Source: Sulfurimonadaceae bacterium
Lineage (GTDB): Bacteria > Campylobacterota > Campylobacteria > Campylobacterales > Sulfurimonadaceae
Assembly: GCA_041562555.1 (NCBI GenBank)
Contig: JBFEXS010000041.1
Coordinates: 1 to 16,829, forward strand
Length of the DNA stretch: 16,829 nucleotides
Direction: 5' to 3'
Positions 1 to 6,981 of the stretch are shown here, one piece after another. Below the pieces are notes generated by a model that did no database searches, had not been told where the DNA came from, and worked only from the letters and a program-made list of their open reading frames with translations. Within the stretch, counting starts at the first letter, position 1, and every line of letters starts with the position of its first letter. Both the position numbers and the translations under genes were made by a program.

Positions 1-47
1 CCTTGCCAAGGTTGGGGTCGCGAGTTCGAACCTCGTTTCCCGCTCCA
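1..47 (+). tRNA. tRNA-Gly(GCC), 5' part outside the window
   Basis: Anticodon loop CTTGCCAAG (GCC at 5-7), T-arm GCGAG-TTCGAAC-CTCGT, 3' acceptor strand TTCCCGC followed by T-CCA. Confidence 0.93.
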
Positions 48-103
48 TTTATTTGTAATATTGAAGGTTTTATTGTTAAATCTTGAGTATTGTTGTATAA
101 ATC

Positions 104-190
104 GCCCGGATGGCGAAATCGGTAGACGCAGGGGACTTAAAATCCCCCGGTAGCAATACTGTGCCGGTTCAAGTCCGGCTCCGGGCACCA
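104..190 (+). tRNA. tRNA-Leu(TAA)
   Basis: Acceptor stem GCCCGGA/TCCGGGC, anticodon arm GGGGA-CTTAAAA-TCCCC (TAA at 138-140), long variable arm, T-arm GCCGG-TTCAAGT-CCGGC, A-CCA end. Confidence 0.96.
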
Positions 191-200
191 TGTAATGGAT

Positions 201-274
201 GGCGCCATCGCCAAGTGGTAAGGCCGGAGCCTGCAAAGCTTCTATCCCCAGTTCAAATCTGGGTGGCGCCTCCA
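201..274 (+). tRNA. tRNA-Cys(GCA)
   Basis: Acceptor stem GGCGCCA/TGGCGCC, anticodon arm GGAGC-CTGCAAA-GCTTC (GCA at 233-235), T-arm CCCAG-TTCAAAT-CTGGG, U73 discriminator, CCA. Confidence 0.96.
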
Positions 275-307
275 ACATACAACGATCGACCCTTTTTATT
301 GTTACAT

Positions 308-398
308 GGAGGATTGGCAGAGTTGGTCGAATGCACCGGATTTGAAATCCGGCGAGGTGTCACAGCCTCCCAGGGTTCGAATCCCTGGTCCTCCACCA
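308..398 (+). tRNA. tRNA-Ser(TGA)
   Basis: Acceptor stem GGAGGAT/GTCCTCC, anticodon arm CCGGA-TTTGAAA-TCCGG (TGA at 343-345), long variable arm GAGG...CCTC, T-arm CAGGG-TTCGAAT-CCCTG, A-CCA end. Confidence 0.95.
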
Positions 399-527
399 CT
401 ACTTTTCACTTGAATTTTTTCCAAACAAAATAACTTTATTGACTTACATCTTTTCTTTTCATATTTAAATCAGGGATTTCCTAACAGATACAAATACCGT
501 CTTTAAAATATTTTCTAACTTTTTATA

Positions 528-536
528 TGATATTAT
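528..536 (+). promoter_or_regulatory. Candidate extended -10 (TGA-TATTAT) for the downstream histidine kinase
   Basis: TGn plus TATTAT in an AT-rich region, 37 nt before the TTG start; AGGA ribosome-binding site at 563-566. Confidence 0.4.
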
Positions 537-573
537 ATTTTTTTAATGAAAACGAATAACATAGGAAGATCCT

Positions 574-1509
574 TTGAGTATTAAACGTGTCGTTTTGCGC
601 ATTGCAATTATTATTTTGGTGATAGAGACCTTGATCATGTTGGGATTAGGTACGATTGACATAGTGTTATCTACGCTGGAAGAGGCGATTCTCGATACGA
701 CATTATTGGTGTTATTAAGTACTCCGCTTATATATATATGGGTAATCAGACCATACAATATCAAACACAAAAAAGAGCAGGAGTTTTTATTTAAGAGCTC
801 ACGCATGGCACAGATGGGCGAGATGATCTCTATGCTTGCACATCAATGGCGACAACCATTGGCAGCTATTACCGCCAATACGATCAATACCCGCATGATG
901 ATCGAACTTGAAAAATTTGATCTAGAGGATGTCCAATCCCGTGAAGAGTTTAACCTTTATATTTTAGACCACTTGGCACAAATCAATGAATATGTACAAA
1001 ACCTTTCAACTACGATCAATGATTTCAGAGACTTTTATAAGCCGGAAGAGAGTACGGTAATAGAAAGAATCAATATACCTGTTCAAAAGGCCCTGAGTAT
1101 TGTTCAGGGGTCTTTTACATCGAATAATATTGAAGTTATTGAAGATTATCAGAGTCAAGTGAGTCTGGAACTGCATGAAAATGAGATGATGCAGGTGATC
1201 TTGAACCTTATGAAGAATGCACAAGACAACTTTAAAGAGAAAACAGTGGATCAACCAAAAATCTTTATTTCGACACGAGATGAAAACGAGAAAGCCATTC
1301 TTGAGGTATGTGATAACGGAGGGGGTATTCCTGAGGAGATTCAGATGAATATCTTTGATCCCTACTTTTCAACAAAACATGAAAAAAACGGTACAGGTCT
1401 CGGTCTGTATATGAATAAGATTATTGTTGAGACCCATCATGAAGGAAGGATCAGTGTATCCAACAATAAAGAGGGAGCCTGTTTTAGGATTGAGCTCAGC
1501 GGAGGATAA
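574..1509 (+). CDS. Membrane-anchored sensor histidine kinase (2 TM, HisKA-type H-box, HATPase_c)
   Basis: H-box MGEMISMLAHQWRQPL, N-box ILNLMKNAQD, G1 DNGGGI, F-box IFDPYFSTK, G2 GTGLGL; two hydrophobic N-terminal helices; TTG start with AGGA 7 nt upstream. Confidence 0.92.
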   Translation: MSIKRVVLRIAIIILVIETLIMLGLGTIDIVLSTLEEAILDTTLLVLLSTPLIYIWVIRPYNIKHKKEQEFLFKSSRMAQMGEMISMLAHQWRQPLAAITANTINTRMMIELEKFDLEDVQSREEFNLYILDHLAQINEYVQNLSTTINDFRDFYKPEESTVIERINIPVQKALSIVQGSFTSNNIEVIEDYQSQVSLELHENEMMQVILNLMKNAQDNFKEKTVDQPKIFISTRDENEKAILEVCDNGGGIPEEIQMNIFDPYFSTKHEKNGTGLGLYMNKIIVETHHEGRISVSNNKEGACFRIELSGG

Positions 1510-1513
1510 ATCA

Positions 1514-2386
1514 TCATGGCCGAGTCTGCCTGTTAATGACATAAACAGATATCAAGGAGATAAGACCTCCTATGACAATATGCATTTGAATGGGCTCATC
1601 CAAAAGTGTATAGCTTATCATGAGGGCGAACAGAGGTACTAAAAACATGTACGAACTGGCCTTTGAAGAGCCTATACGTCCTGATGCGACAAAAAAGATC
1701 GTGGTAGCAACAGTCTGTCCAAAAACCCCCAGGTATATCAGCGCCATCCAGAACTTCTCTTTTTGTGCGAAGACAACGGATATATCATAAGGGATTGTCA
1801 GAAGGAAAAGGAATAAAGTCGCCAGTACAGCAATATAAAAACTATAGTGTATCGGGTGAATATGCAGGTGTGAGTTTTGCGCGAGTAGCGTTACACCAGC
1901 CCAGATCATTGCGGCACAAATAAAATAGAACTCACCCCCGTGAATAAAGTGGACCGGGTCATACAGTCTTAACATGATAAATCCTCCGATCAGACCGATG
2001 AACAAGCCAAGGTATTGGGCTTTACTATGAACATGTTTCAAAAGTACCAGGGTGATGATAAAGGTAAAAATCGGACTCATGACGGTAATGATCACCCCGC
2101 CGCTTCCTGCCGTTGAAGCCTGAACCCCCCAGTATGCAAAGAACATGAAAAGAATATTCAAGATACTACTGCCTAGAATATGTTTCAAGCCTTGTACAGG
2201 GAGTTTTAATGGATGCTTGAAGACAATGATGATCGGTATAAAGGAGAGTACCATAATGAAGAATCGCCAAAAGGTCAGTACCTCGACATTCACGGATTCA
2301 GTCAGTATCTTAAGCGCACTCCAGCCGCCGCCCCAAAAGAACATGGCAAGCAGCATAAGCAATGGGAATTTGAATCTCTCAGGCAT
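1514..2386 (-). CDS. DMT superfamily (EamA) transporter, about 10 TM
   Basis: 290 aa, very hydrophobic, with two EamA-like halves (N-terminal LAMFFWGGGWSALK...LTFWRF; C-terminal IGSSKASSYMFLVPLFALMISYTLLDEP). Confidence 0.9.
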   Translation of the reverse strand: MPERFKFPLLMLLAMFFWGGGWSALKILTESVNVEVLTFWRFFIMVLSFIPIIIVFKHPLKLPVQGLKHILGSSILNILFMFFAYWGVQASTAGSGGVIITVMSPIFTFIITLVLLKHVHSKAQYLGLFIGLIGGFIMLRLYDPVHFIHGGEFYFICAAMIWAGVTLLAQNSHLHIHPIHYSFYIAVLATLFLFLLTIPYDISVVFAQKEKFWMALIYLGVFGQTVATTIFFVASGRIGSSKASSYMFLVPLFALMISYTLLDEPIQMHIVIGGLISLISVYVINRQTRP

Positions 2387-4126
2387 TTAGATGTTGCATG
2401 AGGCAAGGGGAAGTGCTATTTTAAATACGACTCCTGCTCCCTGATTATAAGCGGAGAGTTTTCCCTTTTGATGGTCTTCGACAATTGTCTTGCTCATATA
2501 TAGACCGAGACCTGTCCCGTTTTTTGTCTTGGTTGAGAAATAGGGATCAAATATGTGCATGAGTGTCTCTTCTTTGATACCCCCCGCATTATCTGCAATC
2601 TCTATAATAACATCCTGGTCTTCGATGTATTCATCAATACTGATCATTGGTCTGGCGGGTTTGGTCTCTTCGATGGCATCACAGGCGTTATTTAAGATAT
2701 TGATGAGTACTTGTACTAATTCGTTACGATATAGGGCGAGACATGTCTCTATACGGTTTTTGAATACAAGTTGAATATGTGAATTCAATCGATGATCGAG
2801 AAGCTTGATAGCTTCTTCCACCAAGGTGTTGACATAGGTGTTCTCCAAGCCCTTTGTCGGTTTAAAGAAATCCCTAAAGTCGTCAACGGTACTGGAGAGG
2901 TGCTGGACCTGGATATTAATACGTTCGAGTTGTTCCTGGATCTTATCCGGTGTTGAGCTTTCGAGGTTTATGTCAATGTTCATACTGGTGACGATGGTTG
3001 ATATCGTAGCCAGAGGTTGTCTCCACTGGTGCGCGATCATAGAGATCATCTCACCCATGGCAGCATGACGGGATTGGGAGATAAGCTGCTCTTGTTGTTG
3101 CAAGACAAGTTTCTTGTCTGTGATATTATGGGCGATCATAATATAACCGATAAGCTCATCCTGTGCCGTGTATTCAGGGGATATGGTCATGTCAAGCCAA
3201 TAGCTTTGCAGCCTTTTATTGAGGTTTCTTACCTCACTTGTATAGACTTTTTCCTCTTGGAGAAGCTTCCAGATCTCTTTTAAATCCTGTATATGCGTCT
3301 TCGAATCGAATAAAAGCGTAAAAGGTTTGGAAATAAAATGCTGTCGTTTGTATTGACTAAGAAGACAAAAGGCTTCGGAGACATTGGTGATCAGCCCATT
3401 AAGATCGATATGTGCGGTGATGACATGTTGGTTGATGATGTCCAGGTTTCGTTGAATCGCTTTAGTCTTGTGCTGACTTTCAAGTAGCGCCTGTTCAATA
3501 CGTTTTTCAAGGTTTTGATTAAAGTCTTCCAGTTCATTTGACTTCTCTTTAAGTCTTGCATTGGCAGTGAGCAGACTTGTATTGTCAGACTCGTTCTTCT
3601 GTTTGAAAGCACTAAAGATGAAAGAGACTGTCACAAAGGCAATGGAAATAAGGAGGAGTTCTTCCAGAGTGTAAAATATTTTCTCCTCACCCAAGAGAAA
3701 ATAGCCCAAAAAGTATGAGCCCAAGATGGCACCCAGCCAGGCCATGCCCTGCCAGGTACTTAGAAGTAAGAAAGCACAGGCAAAAAAGATCGGAGCCCAT
3801 ATAACCTTCGTCGGATCATCACCAGCCAGAAAAAAGACCAGGGTGATCGTGATAAACAAAGAGGGGACAAACAGCTGACTGGCAAGTCTAAAGTTGTTTC
3901 TGTCACGTCGTAAAAACAAGAAGAGGATAAAACTTGATATTGCAAAAGCATTGTCACTGTAGACGAGTATAATATCAAAGTCTCGGTGTAAATAGGCGAT
4001 AAAAGGGGAAAAAGAGAATGCCAGTGTAAGCATGATATTAAAAAACTTGAACTGGTAGGCCAGAAGTTTTTCATCTTTTGAAAAGTGGTGACCACTGAGA
4101 AGGTAGTCAAGAAGCTGCCTATGCAT
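2387..4126 (-). CDS. Multi-TM PAS-domain sensor histidine kinase
   Basis: About 6 hydrophobic N-terminal segments, a coiled coil, a PAS/PAC domain (DLNGLITNVSEAFC...YWLDMTISP...HNITDKK), H-box MGEMISMIAHQWRQPL, NNACDA, DNAGGI, FDPYFSTK, GTGLGL. Confidence 0.92.
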   Translation of the reverse strand: MHRQLLDYLLSGHHFSKDEKLLAYQFKFFNIMLTLAFSFSPFIAYLHRDFDIILVYSDNAFAISSFILFLFLRRDRNNFRLASQLFVPSLFITITLVFFLAGDDPTKVIWAPIFFACAFLLLSTWQGMAWLGAILGSYFLGYFLLGEEKIFYTLEELLLISIAFVTVSFIFSAFKQKNESDNTSLLTANARLKEKSNELEDFNQNLEKRIEQALLESQHKTKAIQRNLDIINQHVITAHIDLNGLITNVSEAFCLLSQYKRQHFISKPFTLLFDSKTHIQDLKEIWKLLQEEKVYTSEVRNLNKRLQSYWLDMTISPEYTAQDELIGYIMIAHNITDKKLVLQQQEQLISQSRHAAMGEMISMIAHQWRQPLATISTIVTSMNIDINLESSTPDKIQEQLERINIQVQHLSSTVDDFRDFFKPTKGLENTYVNTLVEEAIKLLDHRLNSHIQLVFKNRIETCLALYRNELVQVLINILNNACDAIEETKPARPMISIDEYIEDQDVIIEIADNAGGIKEETLMHIFDPYFSTKTKNGTGLGLYMSKTIVEDHQKGKLSAYNQGAGVVFKIALPLASCNI

Positions 4127-4349
4127 TTGGTGCCTTTTGCCGTTTGAGGACGATTGATAGTTTTATACTAATAAAAGCCATCCACAAAAAAATAACAGGA
4201 TAGGCATAGATATTCCAATTCAAAGGGTTGAAGTCCCAATTGAAAAGGCTGGCCAATAACCACATCATGGTAATCTCAAGTAAAAAAAAGAGACTTGGAA
4301 TCACATAAGAGGGACGTCGCCGTCTTTTTTCCATAAAGGTTCTCTGCAT
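4119..4349 (-). CDS. Small two-TM hypothetical membrane protein (alternative start at 4334)
   Basis: 76-aa ORF with a basic N-terminus (KRRRR), two hydrophobic helices and a basic C-terminus; its stop overlaps the kinase start by 8 nt; promoter-like element upstream. Confidence 0.72.
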   Translation of the reverse strand: MQRTFMEKRRRRPSYVIPSLFFLLEITMMWLLASLFNWDFNPLNWNIYAYPVIFLWMAFISIKLSIVLKRQKAPNA

Positions 4350-4379
4350 AATTACTTTACACCTTTTTATAATTGGTAC

Positions 4380-4388
4380 ATTTTAACA
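4380..4388 (-). promoter_or_regulatory. Extended -10 (TGTTAAAAT) for the small membrane protein-kinase-DMT operon
   Basis: Matches the TGn-TAnAAT RpoD pattern of Campylobacterota, 30 nt upstream of the ATG at 4349. The same 9-mer occurs at 5561 and 11547 in front of other genes. Confidence 0.6.
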
Positions 4389-4445
4389 CTAGTAGATGGA
4401 AAATAGCTTAAAAGCAGAGTTAAGTTATCCCTTTAAGATTGACTT

Positions 4446-5174
4446 TCAGCTATCGGCAGGCGTCCAGACAGGATCACTCGCATCACAGGGCCGTCCTTGC
4501 AGGATATGATAGGGTTTATAGCGACTTTTATATTCCAGACTTTGGCACCCTTGCACGTAATAACCCATATAGATCCATTTCAGATGATTTCCCTTTGCGA
4601 TCTGTATTTGTTGAAGCATTGAGAAGGTCCCCAAAGAGTACTTTGCATAGTCCGGGTCATAATAGAAATAGATTGAAGAGATACCGCTTGGCAAGATGTC
4701 AATGAGGTCTATCCCCACCAGGACATTGTCAATATAGTATTGTACTTCATAACCAAAGTCGGCATGTCCGTGTACAAAAGACATATAATAGTGCCGTGCA
4801 GTGGTCGTTTCGTGATCCCAATTGCGTTTTTCTTTCATGTGAACATGATATTTTTCAAAGAGCTGCAGATGGGCTGTTGTAACCTGGGGTTGTTGTATCA
4901 CGATCTTGGTGTTTTTATTTTTGTTCAGTATTCGGCGCTCAGACTTTGAAAAGCTATAGTTTGCCACATCGATTTTAAAGCTTTCACAGGCCTGGCATTC
5001 ACTACATACGGGACGAAAAAACATATATCCAAACCGTCTCCATCCTCTTTCTATCAAGGCTTCACAGTATTCTATATTGCAATCTTCAATAATCTTGTAA
5101 TGTGTCGTCTGTTTGGCATTTTCCAAATACGCACACTGTTCTTCATCGGTACATTCACGCAGCAGTCTATTCAT
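4446..5174 (-). CDS. ate: Arginyl-tRNA-protein transferase family (Ate/Bpt; bacterial Asp/Glu-specific leucyltransferase-like)
   Basis: ATE N-terminal motifs CAYL, LIERGWRRFG and FRPVCSECQAC; C-terminal motifs SSIYFYYDPDY, SLGTFSMLQQI, YMGYYV and LEYKSRYKP. Confidence 0.9.
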   Translation of the reverse strand: MNRLLRECTDEEQCAYLENAKQTTHYKIIEDCNIEYCEALIERGWRRFGYMFFRPVCSECQACESFKIDVANYSFSKSERRILNKNKNTKIVIQQPQVTTAHLQLFEKYHVHMKEKRNWDHETTTARHYYMSFVHGHADFGYEVQYYIDNVLVGIDLIDILPSGISSIYFYYDPDYAKYSLGTFSMLQQIQIAKGNHLKWIYMGYYVQGCQSLEYKSRYKPYHILQGRPCDASDPVWTPADS

Positions 5175-5181
5175 GGATGCA

Positions 5182-5189
5182 ATTCTACC
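5182..5189 (-). promoter_or_regulatory. Candidate -10 (GG-TAGAAT) 7 nt upstream of the ate ATG (possible leaderless transcript)
   Basis: Minus strand reads ggTAGAATtgcatccATG, with no Shine-Dalgarno at normal spacing. Confidence 0.45.
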
Positions 5190-5517
5190 CTAAACTGAGT
5201 GCGGTTATAGGTGGTTCTATCTCTGTATAGGTTTGAACAGAGATTTTGTCACAGAGGGGAGGCAAGATATCCTCTACCAGTTGAAGATGAAATTGTAAAA
5301 GCAGGTGCATCTGCAAAGACATCTTGTTTTTCCATTTTCCAAAGATTACGACGGAGCATTCATTATGTAATAGCCGATATTCCAGACAACCGTCTTCTTT
5401 ATGAGTCGGGGATATTGTTTTATATATTTCATCAAGTGCTGTGTGCAGGTGATCGGGTTTAACATCTAAATGAATCGTCAGATAGTGTATATCCGCAATA
5501 TCAGCAAGAGAGCGCAT
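5185..5517 (-). CDS. Antibiotic biosynthesis monooxygenase (ABM, YgiN-like) domain protein
   Basis: Pattern VKP...PTHKEDGCLEYRL...W...SLQMH...H. Start moved from TTG 5532 to ATG 5517 because AAGGA lies just upstream (gcaaaggaaatctATG). Confidence 0.72.
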   Translation of the reverse strand: MRSLADIADIHYLTIHLDVKPDHLHTALDEIYKTISPTHKEDGCLEYRLLHNECSVVIFGKWKNKMSLQMHLLLQFHLQLVEDILPPLCDKISVQTYTEIEPPITALSLG

Positions 5518-5560
5518 AGATTTCCTTTGCAAACATTCTAAAAGAAATAAGATAAAATCG

Positions 5561-5569
5561 TGTTAAAAT
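5561..5569 (+). promoter_or_regulatory. Extended -10 (TGTTAAAAT) for the response regulator operon
   Basis: TGn-TAAAAT 27 nt upstream of the TTG start in a divergent intergenic region. Confidence 0.55.
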
Positions 5570-5596
5570 ATTAGCACTATTAATAAAAGGCTGGGA

Positions 5597-5983
5597 TTGA
5601 GGATAGCGATTGTAGACGATTCAGCATCCGTAAGAATGATGATAAATATCTGCTTAGACCAGTTAGGAATAACAGAAAACGAAGTAACAGAATTCTCATC
5701 TGCAATCGAAGCACTTGATGATTTTAATGACAACGCCTATGATATCATCTTCTGTGATTTGCATATGCCCCAGATGGATGGATATACACTTGTGAAGATA
5801 CTGCGTACAGAGCTCGAACATATGCAAAAGGTACGGATCGTGATGGTCACTGCAGAGGAAGACGGATGCTATAAGGATAACTTTAGAGTCTTTGGTGTGC
5901 ATCAATTTATCAAAAAACCAATTGTTCCGGCAAGTTTCCTTCATCACATCAAGCCTCTTATTGATAAAGTAAAACGGAGGTAG
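5597..5983 (+). CDS. Single-domain (CheY-like) response regulator
   Basis: Receiver motifs IVDD, FCDLHMPQMDG (phospho-Asp), VMVTA and FIKKP; 128 aa with no output domain. Confidence 0.9.
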   Translation: MRIAIVDDSASVRMMINICLDQLGITENEVTEFSSAIEALDDFNDNAYDIIFCDLHMPQMDGYTLVKILRTELEHMQKVRIVMVTAEEDGCYKDNFRVFGVHQFIKKPIVPASFLHHIKPLIDKVKRR

Positions 5984-5986
5984 AGA

Positions 5987-6307
5987 TTGGTGTTAGAGTG
6001 GGTACAAAAGAATCAGAAACTGGCGGCAAAGATCACGGGTGTAAATTTTTTATTGATGACACTTGTCATGCTGTTTTGGGCTCAGCCAAAGACAGGTTTG
6101 AGCGATGAAGAAAAAGCAGCTGCAAATGTAGCACGCATGGAAGCAAGAGTCAGTGGGTCAAATAAACAGGTAAGCGGCAAATCGAACCTGGATATTATGA
6201 AGGAACACCGTCAAAAACAACAGCAGCAATTACGGATCACATTGATTATCATGAGTATGTGTGGAGCAGGTTTTTTGGCGTATGGGTTTTTAAAAAAGGA
6301 AAATTAG
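5987..6307 (+). CDS. Hypothetical membrane protein (2 TM around a charged helical loop)
   Basis: GGAGG ribosome-binding site at 5976-5980 before TTG; hydrophobic segments near both ends; 3 nt after the regulator stop. Confidence 0.75.
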   Translation: MVLEWVQKNQKLAAKITGVNFLLMTLVMLFWAQPKTGLSDEEKAAANVARMEARVSGSNKQVSGKSNLDIMKEHRQKQQQQLRITLIIMSMCGAGFLAYGFLKKEN

Positions 6308-6346
6308 CCGTGGCGGTTTTTGCGTAGATAAGCAGTGCAAAAAACC

Positions 6347-6922
6347 TTAAAAAGTCTCTTCTAAAAAACCTTCAAAGTCTTTAATGACCTGTGCGAAACT
6401 ATTTAGCATGTAGTGGTCATCATCATAAAATTTTACTGTATCATGTGAGAAGTGCAGAGATGAGAGTTCAGGGTCAATAGTCTTATCATGTTCTCCCAGG
6501 GCGACATAACAATTGGCCGGAGGGTTCATACTGTTAAGATTACTGCTATAGGTCAGATACATGTTGGCAGCGTCCATGATGACTTTTTTCTTCTCAGGGT
6601 TTTCCTCAAGTTCGAGTATCTTTTTTGCTTCCATGGCGGGTTGATAGACAGGATTGATCAGAAGACAGTCTTTTTTGAATTTTGCCGCAAGATAATAGGC
6701 GTAGAACCCTCCTAGGGAGGCTCCAATAATGATCGTGTCATTGGAGGCCGTACGCAGCGTGTCTTCACTGAGTTCCATACATTTAAGGGGGTTTAGCGGA
6801 AGGTCAGGGATAAGAAGTCTGTTTTCGGGACAGAGTTTGCGTAGCATATTGGGTTTATCCCCCTGTGAGGAGGAATCATATCCATGCAGGTATAAGATTG
6901 ATCGATTGTCAAAATGTCCCAT
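6347..6922 (-). CDS. YqiA/YcfP (UPF0227) family alpha/beta hydrolase (esterase)
   Basis: YLHGYDSS, nucleophile elbow GASLGG, LLINP, catalytic-like Asp (GEHD) and His (DDH); GAGG ribosome-binding site and TATAAT at 6952-6957. Confidence 0.87.
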   Translation of the reverse strand: MGHFDNRSILYLHGYDSSSQGDKPNMLRKLCPENRLLIPDLPLNPLKCMELSEDTLRTASNDTIIIGASLGGFYAYYLAAKFKKDCLLINPVYQPAMEAKKILELEENPEKKKVIMDAANMYLTYSSNLNSMNPPANCYVALGEHDKTIDPELSSLHFSHDTVKFYDDDHYMLNSFAQVIKDFEGFLEETF

Positions 6923-6951
6923 AGTGTACCTCGTACTAATCTAGTCGAACT

Positions 6952-6957
6952 ATTATA
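6952..6957 (-). promoter_or_regulatory. -10 element (TATAAT) for the esterase gene
   Basis: Perfect TATAAT 29 nt upstream of the ATG. Confidence 0.5.
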
Positions 6958-6981
6958 CTCAAAAGATACCTTGTTTAAGAC

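Noticed and set aside
343..345. TGA in the anticodon loop read as a selenocysteine or suppressor tRNA
   Set aside because: Anticodon TGA decodes UCA (Ser). tRNA-Sec would need anticodon TCA and an 8-bp acceptor stem.
110..433. 107-aa ORF in the ORF track
   Set aside because: It runs across three tRNA genes, so it is a chance open frame.
375..573. tRNA-Ser 3' end as an integration site for an island
   Set aside because: No integrase or transposase follows, and I saw no repeat of the tRNA 3' end elsewhere in the window.
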